Of a DNA stretch of 64,000 bases, positions 33,401 to 42,610 are shown piece after piece. This DNA comes from Nemertoderma westbladi (taxonomy: Eukaryota > Animalia > Xenacoelomorpha): positions 1 through 64,000 of the forward strand of contig JAUCBJ010001639.1 in the NCBI GenBank assembly GCA_032718475.1, read 5' to 3'. Below the pieces are notes generated by a model. It worked only from the letters and a program-made list of their open reading frames with translations, made no database searches and was not told the DNA's origin. Positions within the stretch are counted from its first letter, which is position 1, and the number at the start of each line of letters is the position of its first letter. The translations under genes and the position numbers were made by a program.

Positions 33401-33797
33401 ACAAATGGTTTAGTTCCGCAGGGTTGTTAAGTCTGGTCCTTTCCCGGTGGTTCCAACTTACCTGCTCCGCGTCCGTCCTTCTTTCCTTATAGTTTCGGGA
33501 CTTCTGACGTCTCATGTCTTCCTCTTCATTGCTTGACTCGGTGTCAGTCCTTAGCGCTCGCGATGGTTTGCGCGCCGAGGCCCTGACCCAAGCCTCCTCA
33601 ATAAATTTCTCGGCCGAATTTTCGAAATTGGGATTATGGATATTCGGGACAGGCGTCCTTACCTGAGGTCTATGTGGTATAGTCTCCTCCGATATGCGTA
33701 CTCGTTGACTAGGCTGGACTTTATCTAACTCAGGCCTGCTAGGATTAGAATTACTTCTTACCTGGGCTGCTTCCTTTAACCGTAGGTTGCTAAGCAT
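27492..33797 (-). CDS. BEL/Pao Gag core-Pol polyprotein (Gag/DUF1759-like, zinc knuckles, aspartic protease, RT, RNase H, integrase)
   Basis: KFMG...W..F (gag); CQYC..H..C, CWAC..H..C, CMEC..HH..LH; MLDTAS (protease); YYLPHH.V..PDK..KVRVV.D, DIEAMFHQV, FYMDD (RT); LHLFSDAS, VPRAELQAA, NPADI.SRG (RNase H); GVDCFGP, SDKGTNF, PWRGGSWERLV (integrase). The frame stays open upstream to the TGA at 33975. Confidence 0.97.
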   Translation of the reverse strand: MLSNLRLKEAAQVRSNSNPSRPELDKVQPSQRVRISEETIPHRPQVRTPVPNIHNPNFENSAEKFIEEAWVRASARKPSRALRTDTESSNEEEDMRRQKSRNYKERRTDAEQVSWNHRERTRLNNPAELNHLLTRNDATLRDIGKFAARQGLPTQQPQKFMGNHKHWRTFKTYVDEQLTNSTFTPNEKFNYLLQMLHREPRAIADNFVGNERAFELAMKTLSDIYGNKTKMAQSIVEDLGKGGRITTPLELLNLANAISNALDILRMVNLPHHGDHAEVLKSVIRRLNMRYRQKWRKLENKLEGQGKVLTLQHIHDMIATDAVAEMKSNFSEENMRESKPVTGKSMVSFDDDRTTVTFNSVDRYNSSTPAFRSDSRVWSGERLDRPRLKQQELPDGFVGCQYCLLKEVRSDDHKLDSCRRFKELNSEQRRVQVRTLDTCWACLAPGHVRRQCPNSKDGCMECGRLHHKLLHADFHTPTDRYLQRNPQRKGSKEPVSIRRNTYTSIQDDGYQPGSSDEDGESSAREVTCQGFTADSSSTSARTYLSSATSEIFSVIPVKLTGDKGSKRIYVMLDTASTLSYIDEEVARAVSSFQDAEEIQIELKSMHGVGDLKGHRISVELDSLLPRDQHTRQERKALPLDGFKCLAMKGFGRQLGKVPPMSPIAQEYFDKLRIPRHQVGYRNVSMLIGAEQLIAHQIWETRPAEPHVNGPHAHRTILGWYTRVPMSYEFTGGGKPMDRYDELQPITQPPLVEPPDIDEFRRTCIDHYSDFSESDEELIPDNVRLSEPLHNDRTDSEPEDYCYQTRGSGSAAHATYLTNVLTYTDIVEGQVAKYRDLDIFQYSEEELQKELIRQDLETGARTVEWLDRDAMEPGGYDLAMSTDEKRSLEMMEDTIRLLPTGHFEVGMLWRRQPPKLENNYNLALKRLNGVRARLLKNPGIREKYCAQINNYFAKGFAGKVEDPDLVTDQTYYLPHHYVTHPDKPDKVRVVNDCAAVYRGMSLNSELMDGPNLNNYLIGILLRFRQRRFAFTCDIEAMFHQVRACKADQDSLRFLWYENEDLSGPVVTYQMYVRIFGARDSPNGTLFVLKKTATAQIGKYPVEVIESILRNFYMDDGLVSKDTAEQAIEVAHGLQECLATGGFPLTKFTTNSEALLESFPVKDRGSGDIELGVEPIPMARVLGLAWNPNSDKFQVRVRFEPSSPDKILTKRICLSTLSRLFDPMNFISPVILQARACMRKIWLSDLEWDEPISPIHAKQWREWEAELHLLKNIDVPRSYFPNQLVFPADLELHLFSDASDTGFGMVAYLRREVSQDKFETAFVTSRSKTMPVKYMTVPRAELQAAVVSVEVSKQIIEELDTTLTLFYWTDASLVLVYIAADNIALKTFVANRRAQIVDFSTKEQWRHCPGVLNPADITSRGAMPAEFCQEESQEFWLHGPDFLTRTQEHWPERLKIVTNPMPEDAEVKVEKVSKSKSKAKLKSLERPEESLERPEESLERPGDLSDQQTYVTTRSGRVSYDIKPPLQTRRQSQLVSDGQKMTDTMDPLVSKPAGLDSKLPLVSGQPSLALESCSVYDKLLNSSASWLTICKRTAWLSRYILYLRLKHSKHLREPLSTNSERIRKLKQPLTEDEIDQAELKHLKHYQMCAFPKEFHLLSAQRPVLYKPLRKWSPLIHKGLICHRSRIQTVDINSQFRFPVIIPSHPIELQRAILWDIHKRLHHAGKLHCLSAARQRFILLQPSRAVGTMYDACLVCKRVNARVLEQEMAELPEARVQAYDPPFTNTGVDCFGPIEAKSGRLTHKRWGLLLTCMASRAILIERVADMSTKSLLLALKRFMARRGLVKAFYSDKGTNFVGGNSELNAAHKAAQNKEISAALLPQRVEWRFNTPESPWRGGSWERLVRSVKQAIAKTLPVNKQLTDDELVTAFIEIEHTLNSRPIAMLPDGVALTPNHLLMQSPAFLVPASEPISADLYSRKSWKVTQFVAYTFWEYWREYYLPTISTRTKWYKTVRSLQRGDYVLITEPIVKRKYWETGVILHTHPDVQNIVRTVTVKIRCKCPHPKKCKTNGLHTLDRPVQDIVLLEETRIETGDYNLSPASKQS

Positions 33798-33974
33798 GTC
33801 CGTTATAGGTTGGATGTGCGGCGATATAGCTTGCGCTAAACTAGCACTTAACTCATCCCTCGTAATAAATTCCTGGCTAGGGTTCTGTTGTATAGTCGGC
33901 TCTATCTGAGTAATCCGCTGTCTCTCATATGATCCCTCTTCCGGTTTAACCCGGAAGTTCTCCGTCGAACTGGG

Positions 33975-35801
33975 TCAGCGCTCCGTCCGCGTATTCCAAA
34001 CCCGCGGGTTCGGTTCGCCAAGTACTCGTCCCGTCGGAGTTTCTCTAAACTCTTCATCGTCGTGTTCGGTGTGTAGTGGTGCGATGTTCCGATGACGTGG
34101 ATTCTGCGCGATGGGTGAAGCACTAATACCAACTGGCGTGCGATATGTAGAGAACGGTTTAGCGATCCGTGTACTCGTAATAGCTGGACCGGGTATAGGA
34201 ATTCTGGTCGTCGTCGACTCGCGTATGGTCGGAGTTCTCGCTTCCTGTTCGGCCTTCTGCAGTGCGAACAGTTCTCGCAACTCAGTACCTACACTCGCCC
34301 CACATTCTTCGATCATTCGCATCCCCTTCTCGGCGATTTCGTTCGCCTTCCTAGTCCGTTCTTCGCTTTCTAAACTTAATCTCGCACTTTCCAACTGCGC
34401 CAGTTTACGTTCTTCTTCTTCCCTCGCTCGTCTCGCTGCGCCCTCTTCTTCTACACGCGCCTTCTCTTCATACAACGCCCGTCGCTCCCTCTCGCGCTCA
34501 AGTTCGCGCTCCTTGCGCACGCGTTCGAGTTGGAGTTCGTATTCCTTTTGTTCGCGTTCCTTCTGTTCGCGTTCGAGCTGGAGTTCGCGTTCCTTCTGTT
34601 CGCGTTCGAGCTGGAGTTCGCGTTCCTTGCGTTCGCGTTCCGCTTGCTCGCGCTTACCTTTCTCTTCCAACTCTCGCAACTTTGCGTCTAACTTACGTGT
34701 TCGCTCCCGTTCCCACTCGGCTTCCTTCCGTGCTTCCGATGCACGCAAAACTTCCGCCTGCTGTTCGTCTAGTCGGCGTCTTCTCTCCTCTGCCGAGTTG
34801 TGAGAAACAAGGGATCTAGCACATATTACCTTACCTCGCGCGTGACTAACCTGGGAATCGCCGCTGTCTCTAGATGCATCATCGGGTGGAGTCAACGTCC
34901 TCTGTTGGATGTTCTCCGTCGTCGGTAGCACCTGGCCCGGCACCACCACTCCATTCTGCATCAGCCAGCTAGTAACTTCCCTTTGATACCTGCGCTCCTC
35001 CTTGTCTTGGATCTCTTCTCGCTCCACTAACTCTCTCAGCTCTGCGTCACTCACTTGAGTCGCCTGCGCTTGTGATGTCCATAGCAGCCAGTTCTCCGTC
35101 CTAACTCGTCGGAATCGCTCCGATAACTCGCGGTGCTCTAACAAGGCTGCTAAAACCCTGTCGTAAATCCTCGTTGCTACGTCGCTCGACTGAGACTCTA
35201 CTGCCTTCTTCGCTAGGACTGCAAGCTCCTCCGTCTGCTTGAATAACGCTGAGTTATATCCTCTTCTAATCTCTACTAACTCTACCCTCCCGATGTTCGC
35301 TGAGTCAGCTAACATCTTCCTTACCTTGTCCGCCGTCCGGGTTATATGTCCGGCGTGCGCGCGAAGTTTCTTCTTTATCGCGATATCAAGTTCTCTCTCG
35401 CTTACCTGACTCACACTCGGTGGACTTGAAGGATTATTTCGGGAACTACGGGTACTCCTTACAGCCGTCGGGACCACGGCACTTACCATACCCACAGGTC
35501 TGGAAACCGGGCTCCGGGCTCTCGCTTCTGCTACACTACCCTCCCTATCACTCACCTCTGTCCGGGCTGCCGTACAGTCCTTCCTTACAGTAGCGGTAGG
35601 GGATCCTAATACTATTACCTGAGGTTGTTGTTCTTCCTCACTAGTCACTGTCTCGTCCTCCTGTTCACTTACGTCAGCGTCGCTCGCTGCGTCGTCATAG
35701 TCGGCATTGTCGTCAACAGTAATATTGACGCTATCGTCAGTCGGCGGTCCAGCCGCCGTCTCGTAGCTGTCCTCTAGTGCCTCCTTGTCTGAGACACTCA
35801 T
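33975..35801 (-). CDS. N-terminal Gag-like region (acidic N-terminus, long E/R-rich coiled coil), in frame with pol across one TGA
   Basis: 608-aa first ORF after the 5' leader, with ERELQLEREQK repeats. Same frame as 27492-33797, with 59 sense codons between them. Confidence 0.8.
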   Translation of the reverse strand: MSVSDKEALEDSYETAAGPPTDDSVNITVDDNADYDDAASDADVSEQEDETVTSEEEQQPQVIVLGSPTATVRKDCTAARTEVSDREGSVAEARARSPVSRPVGMVSAVVPTAVRSTRSSRNNPSSPPSVSQVSERELDIAIKKKLRAHAGHITRTADKVRKMLADSANIGRVELVEIRRGYNSALFKQTEELAVLAKKAVESQSSDVATRIYDRVLAALLEHRELSERFRRVRTENWLLWTSQAQATQVSDAELRELVEREEIQDKEERRYQREVTSWLMQNGVVVPGQVLPTTENIQQRTLTPPDDASRDSGDSQVSHARGKVICARSLVSHNSAEERRRRLDEQQAEVLRASEARKEAEWERERTRKLDAKLRELEEKGKREQAERERKERELQLEREQKERELQLEREQKEREQKEYELQLERVRKERELERERERRALYEEKARVEEEGAARRAREEEERKLAQLESARLSLESEERTRKANEIAEKGMRMIEECGASVGTELRELFALQKAEQEARTPTIRESTTTRIPIPGPAITSTRIAKPFSTYRTPVGISASPIAQNPRHRNIAPLHTEHDDEEFRETPTGRVLGEPNPRVWNTRTER

Positions 35802-37097
35802 AGTCTAAATAATATTTGCCTTCCGGCAAAATATCTCGCAAAAGTTCGAGATATTATTATAATTTAACCGAAATACGGTCAAATTATTTGTCAAATAATC
35901 AGTTGGTCCAAAATGTCAAATAAATTCACAATGCAATATTGTGAATTTAATGGGGTATATAGTTATAGCAAATACTAGCACAATATTTAAACAAAAATAT
36001 TATTATATAGCTATTATATAGCATTAAATACCGGTATAGCACAAAATAACCTTGAATCTAATACAAAATATTCAAAATATACTTGCCGCCCGAATATTTC
36101 TAATTTTATATATATATAGCTCTAATCAACGTAATTTTAATTTCAAATATTATTATGTATCCACTAGCGCGTGGCTACATCTTCGGGTTGCGACTCTCTC
36201 TAACTCTCTCTCTAACTTGAGCGATTCAAAAAACCATGGCCGGCTAAACCTAAATATCCTAACTAATAAATTGAGTTCAGCTTCGCAGTTAAACAACCGG
36301 TAATTTTTTACTGCTTCCACAAACAGTATGGTGCCAACAGAACAACTAACCTTGTTTGCTGTGAGATTCCACGTCCGCGTCCAAAGATTCAGGCCCTTCG
36401 CTGATTGCAAACCGAACCCGCAGACCCACACGAACCCCAAACTCAGAAGTTCCGTCTTGCCATGTATCTCCAGATGGTATAAAATAACTAAGCGGTTACC
36501 TAACATACCGGTACAAAACTCTAGAATTTTACAAAATAATTTTGACCGAAACTGAATTCTCGCAAACCTAGCTAATAATTTTCAAAAAACTTACTAATTA
36601 CAATTTGCCCTAAGGCCTAAGGAACTGCTGTATTCGCAATTAGCAAAACGCACTACTGTACATCCACTGTATGCAGTACAGTAAGTAAAACAGTACACCA
36701 ACCTAACAGCCTAATGATACTGTGTATGGTACGGCAAAACAAATGTCCTTCTACCGTACGCAGTAATAACAATCAGCCTAATGTACTACTGTACTAGTGT
36801 ACGCAGCCAGTGAATACAGTAATCTAAACTAACAACCTAATAGAATAACCAATGTCTTACTGTACGCTAGCCTATAGCCTACAGCAGACGATCACGTGCT
36901 CCAATTTATTGCCTAATACTATGATACTCTAATCAGCCTAAGAACACTCTATTGACCGCTGCAAGCAACAGCCAATAGCGCGTATTACTGATACGAAGTA
37001 TCAGTAATCTAAACTAACAGTAGTCTAAACTAACAGCCTAAGAATACTCTATCTGCCTTACTGTACGCAGTGCAGCAAAGCAATATACGCGTATTAC

Positions 37098-39252
37098 TGA
37101 TAAACAACCGCGACCTCTATACTAACAGCAGAACTGTTGAACAGACAAATACTGGTATACTTCTCTGCCAACCTAATAAGTTCCCGCCTAACCAATAAGA
37201 CACAAAGACTGCTCTACTGTTAAGTAAAGGGGATCAGGAGCGTGCTATTACTAAATTGTAAGGGTTGCTAAATACAAAACCGCTACTTACCGTTAGATGG
37301 CGCTAATCTGCCGTCCACTAATATATTTTACTAATTTTACACAACTCCTGCAAAATCGCTTGTTCCTTTCTCTACCGATTGCTCGATAGAGAGCTAACTG
37401 TTCGAATCTATGAGCCACGCGGGAGTAACCAAAACAATAAACCCGAGTCGGCTCCCTAAGCTTACTTAAGACGAGTGCGAGAGGCCTTGCACTCAGAGTA
37501 TTCTTACGCCTAATTTTATCACTTATTAAAGCACGCTATTACCTACGTCTTTCTAATCGCGAATACTAGAGGTTCCCTAACGTAATGTGTGAATGCGAGA
37601 ATATTTAAAATATCAAAATGGTACAGTATCTGTTTCTACGTGGATAATACCACCCCGGGTCTAAAACTGCCCGCGACTGGCTTTAGGCCAGCAAAATTAC
37701 TAGCGTATCGTGCGTACCGAATAGTGCGTTCTAGCTGATTGCCCGCTAATGCAAATAACCGCTCAGCGTGAATAGTTTACAGTACACTAATTATTACCTT
37801 AGCTACTCTCCGCTATGCTGCGTACTAATTCTTAATTTTTTACTAATTAATTACAGTCACGAATATTTAACAGCGTACTAATTACTAAGAGTTCCAGAAT
37901 ACGTAATTCTAATTTATCACGCAACAGGTTTCGATAGTAATAGCCTAATTTGCCGTATTACTTTGACCTAATCAATAACTAATCATTGTAACTAAGAAAT
38001 AGAAATCAATCAAAAGAAAAGAGCGCCTATCTAAGCATTCGTGATCTTAGGCACACTTCAATAACACACCAATCAGCGTTAGAAATCACAGTTTACAATT
38101 GTGCAATTCACTACTCGTACTCCACACTCAACGTTTTAATACGCGCAGGCCTCTCCCGGGTACATCTAGGACTCCTAACTAACCCAATTCCTGCCCCCCT
38201 AATACTAAATAGAGACAAAATCTGGATCATCAGCCCCCTAATTACTGTACCGGCGATCGGTCTGCGTGCCGCAGTGCAAGTTACCCGCCCGCAACGGTGA
38301 CCCTGGCCAGCGTTGCTCGCTTTGAATCCTCCGCTCTCTCCTAGTCGCTCAACCCCCCGATGCGCCCACCGCCCACTGGCACCTTAGCTCTCCATGATGC
38401 TAATAGCTACCGTAGCGGCGCATGCAAATCACAAAGTCTGACAGTCTCAGAATCCCTTAGGATTATTGCGCAGAAAGAATCACATAGAACCATTAATCAA
38501 AGGTAGAAATCATAGTTCAATTGTAATTAGCAGCAATCAAAGGAATTATTGAGAAACACAAGCAAGTAATCGCACTAGCAAATCATTTCACGAAAATTAA
38601 TCAAATTAGCAAATTGCAGAAAATATCCAGAAAAAACAGCAAGACAGGTGCTAGGGCTAGGTGTCATGTGATGAGTAGAGTTGTTGTGAGGCTCTACCGG
38701 CACACCGCCAATTTATAGGTGATCCGGATGGGGTGATGCAATAGGGTGACTCAATCGCTTTCTTATTGGCTCTCCAGTCCGTGCTAGCACTAGACCAACC
38801 TGGAAGCAGCTAGTCCAATAAGGAGGCCGGATTGTAGCCCTATTTGCTTCCCTTCCTCGAATTATTACCATATATGGTAATGGTTCACGTCTCTGGCTGC
38901 TGAATGGCCAGGACAGCGTCCCTATATGCTAGCCCTACTAAAGCTAATATCAGCAAGCACTGAATCCAGGGTCCGAATAAACTTACCCTGGAACTATCTA
39001 CATATAACCTAATACAAAATTACGTAGGTAGGGCTACATACTATACAAAATGGATGGTTTCAAATATATGGGCGTTTTGATTTCCCTACCTAAATACCAC
39101 TGCGTTATTATGCCTTATCTAAAATATCATGCTGCACAACGGACTAATATTACGTACAGTATAACGGACTAATATTGCATACTGCATAACGGACTAATAT
39201 TGCATACTGCATGATGACTAATATTATGGATACAGCGCCATATACCGTAACA
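37098..39252 (-). repeat. 5' LTR (2155 bp)
   Basis: Direct repeat of 20313-22467, with TG...CA ends, followed by the TSD AGCTA. Confidence 0.96.
38680..38885 (-). promoter_or_regulatory. Putative Pol II promoter in the LTR U3
   Basis: Minus-strand TATAAA at 38717-38712. Upstream: TGATGCAAT (C/EBP-ATF, 38734-42), TGACTCA (AP-1, 38747-53), CCAAT boxes (~38765, ~38815) and a CArG box CCATATATGG (38868-77). Motif matches only. Confidence 0.55.
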
Positions 39253-41194
39253 AGCTACAAAACGAGTTGTAATAGCAACTGTGCAGTACAGTACGTAGTT
39301 GTACTTTCTTATTAAGATACTTATTTTCCTAAATAATTTTCTACTTTTAACAAATTAATTGCACAAAATGTAATAAAATTAAAAATTCACTAAAGAATTC
39401 CGACGTTAATTTTGATACCTATCTATCAAATATCCTAAATGATATTTTGATATGGATGGTAAAGATTCCTCCTTAAAATTATAAAGGAATTCTACTGTAC
39501 AATGATGTTGTTCCCACTAGGGGCAACAGCATTAATGATTCTAATACAATTTCCCGTTTGATCTTATGAAACGAGTTTTGAGTTTTGTCTTGTGGCGGGT
39601 CTTTGTGCCGCTTCCTTGATTTTAGGAAGTTTATTACTACATTTCTCCGCTTCCTTAGTCATACTCCGTGTTTGGCGAGGCTCGAATTTTATTTCATCTC
39701 GCTGATAATGTTGACCATAATCATCACTTTCCTCCCTGGCTATTTCAAGGAGACAGAGCCTCTGAATTGGTCGTTGTAACTCGCTCCCATTTATTGTCTT
39801 CACATTTACTGAGCGCACTAACCCATCTTGAGATGAGTTAATTTTAGTTACAACTACAGTCAGCCAATGTTGACGACTGACATTTTCATTTTCAAGGAGA
39901 ACTAAATCTCCTAATTTGAGATTATCTTTTTTGGCAAACCATTTCTTCCTTATCATAATGGAGGGAAGATAAAATCTAATCCAGTTTTCCAAAAAAGTTG
40001 GGACAAGTACTGCATAACCTTCCAAGTACGTCAGGAAGTTAAATCACTCTCTTCAATTTCTGAGACAGGCAATAATACAGCAGGTCTCAGAAACAGGAAG
40101 TGCGCAGGGGTAAGGACTTCAGATCCGAAGTCATGCGAGTCAGAGGTCGTGAGTTTAGTACTGCTTCGATTCGATTTCAACCAATAAAGTATTAAGGGTT
40201 ATAAGGGTTTGATCAGTAAGATAAACCCTAACTGGTAGAACTTTATAAATAGCTGCTTTGATACTTTTAATAAGGCGTTCAAAAGCTCCCCCACGCCAAG
40301 GTGCTTTAGGGGTGTTAAACCTCCACTCCAGATAATGAGACTTAACTGTCTCAATGATCTGAGTTTCATTCCAGTCTTCAATCTGTCTTTTTAATTCTGT
40401 TCCACTCGCAATAAAATTTCCTCCACAGTCAGATCTGATAACTGCGGGAGTGCCTCTTCTAGCAAAAAAGCGACGCAGACATAATATGAAACTATCCATT
40501 GTGGCATCATTTACATAGTCTAAATGTACAGCCCTGCAACTAAAGCAGGTAAAAATCACAGCCCAGCGTTTAACATAGCTACGGGCTTTTTTAACCATAA
40601 AAGGCCCCATCAAATCGCATCCAGTCTGACGGAAAGCAGGTTCAAAGGCAGCCAGCCAGCCTCTCTGGTGGCAAATTCCCTTGAAGTTGATTAACAGGTC
40701 TAGCATGGACTTTAAGACAAGTATGGCAGTTTGCTAGCATAGCTTGGACTGTTTTCCATGGATTGATGAAGTAATTCCGTAAGATATTCATAATATGATC
40801 GAAACCAGAATGGTATGTCATAATAATATGCACATCCAGGAACAGGTTTCTCATATTGTGAGAATGACTTATTAGAAAAGGGAACTTAGAGTCTATACTG
40901 ATAGGAGCATACAGTATGTTAACCTACCTCCTACTCTAAGAAAGCCATCTAGCATTACAGTAGAGTATTTATCAGGAATAAATTCCACTTCGCTACTAAG
41001 TAAAGAACTATATTCCTTAGGATGTTGTTCCCTTTGAGTCAAACGAATCAATTGATTCTCTGTCTGAGCTGATTCACTTTGAGTCAGATTAATGAACAAA
41101 TCAGGATTAGATTTCTTATTAGGTGATTTTAAACCCAAATTTTTGTTATGAAGTTTATATAGGTGAAAATGATATAATATTTTCCACCAAGTCA

Positions 41195-42467
41195 CTAGAA
41201 AGGCATTTCCTAAAGGAAATGCAACCACGAAGCTAAGGAAAATTAAACAAACGGCCACAATTTGGTTCGTTGCTTAGCCTAGTTTAGTAGCATTTGCCAA
41301 TAAATAACTTCTATTCCCATGGAAACTAGAGTTCTCTGGAACTGTTGGTTTTACCTTTGAAAAAAGATTCAGTCCAGATTGTTTTTCAGATAACACATCG
41401 AGTTTCAGAAAATATTGTAGTTTATGTCCAAATTACAGATTTTCTATCAAAATGCATCTGTTTGCAGTGGTTGTCATGGAAACTGAAAAATAGAACAATG
41501 TAATTCGGATGCAGAATAAGTCATATAGTGGGGGTAGGTGTTGGTCCCAAGTCATAATACTATTAAATTGTGCTTCAAATTATCATTTTATTAATTTTAA
41601 CATCTGTTTACTCTTGTTGCTATGGTAAATAGATTTTCTAATTAACTTCGAACGGCTTGTATATGGATATGGACCTTATAGATGAGTTGCAAAACCCCAA
41701 GTTTATATATATTACAGTTTTTCTCCAAATAGAGTTATGATTATAGACTTGAATGATATATAACTTTAAAAAAACTACAGTTACCATGGTAACTAGATAT
41801 TTCTGGAATGTTTTGAGTTTCACTAAAAGTTCCAACTAGTGGTCCAGATAACACATACCTAGTTTCGTAAAATTTTATCGTGAAGTCTATGTACAAATGA
41901 ATAATTTTCGTATAAAAACATCTGTTTTCAGCGGTTGTCAAGGTAACTGCAAAATAGAACAATCAAATTCGGACGCAGAATAAGTTATATAGTGGGGGTA
42001 GGGATTGGTCCCAAGTCATCAAACCTTAACCTTAGGCTTCAAATTAACATTTTAAAAATTTTAACATCTGTTTAGCCCGGTTGCCAAGGTAACTGGATTT
42101 TCTATTTAACCTCAATCGGCTCTGCTATGGACCTTATAGTTGTGTTGAGAAACCCCTAGTTTATATGTATTATAGTTTTCCTACAAATAGAGTTACAAAT
42201 ATTGACTTGAAATACATAGACTTTTTTCTAAGTCCGTTGCCATGGAAACCAGATTTTTCCTGGAGATGAGACCCATCCCACACGACGCGCCTTGATGAGT
42301 TGTATATACATGCAAAATTTCAGGGTACTTTTAAAGGCTAGTTTTTTCCCCGACCAAAAAACCCCAAATCTGCCCCATACAAGTAAAATAGCCCACTATA
42401 AATACACCATCTCAGCTAAGGAAAATCTTTCTTAGCGAAAGTAGTTGATTTTCCTTAGCTTCGTGGA
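41195..42467 (-). mobile_element. Non-autonomous Helitron/Helentron-like element, copy 1
   Basis: The minus strand begins TCCACGAAGCTAAGGAAAA. It ends with the inverted copy of that sequence, the hairpin GCATTTCC-TTTA-GGAAATGC and CTTTCTAG followed by T. Confidence 0.75.
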
Positions 42468-42610
42468 CAATGCGATTTAAATGTTCTATTGTCCTAGTTG
42501 ATTTCATAATGTGTACTAAGTGAATTTCAACACCATTACTTAGGTCAGGAGGGTTTGAATCTTTAGGGGAAATATCTTCCTTGTTAAACCCCGAATTAAG
42601 AAAATTAATA

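Larger units (their letters stand above)
20313..39252 (-). mobile_element. Complete BEL/Pao LTR retrotransposon, 18,940 bp, with an accessory gene downstream of pol
   Basis: Two 2155-bp LTRs (TGTTACG...TTTATCA on the minus strand). 5-bp TSD AGCTA at 20308-12 and 39253-57. Short purine tract GGAGCGG before the 3' LTR. Domain order gag-PR-RT-RH-IN with BEL/Pao signatures. Confidence 0.96.

Noticed and set aside
34111-34803. 230-aa antisense ORF, and other plus-strand ORFs over gag-pol and VPS45
   Set aside because: Shadow frames of strongly coding minus-strand genes; S/R-rich with no domain motifs.
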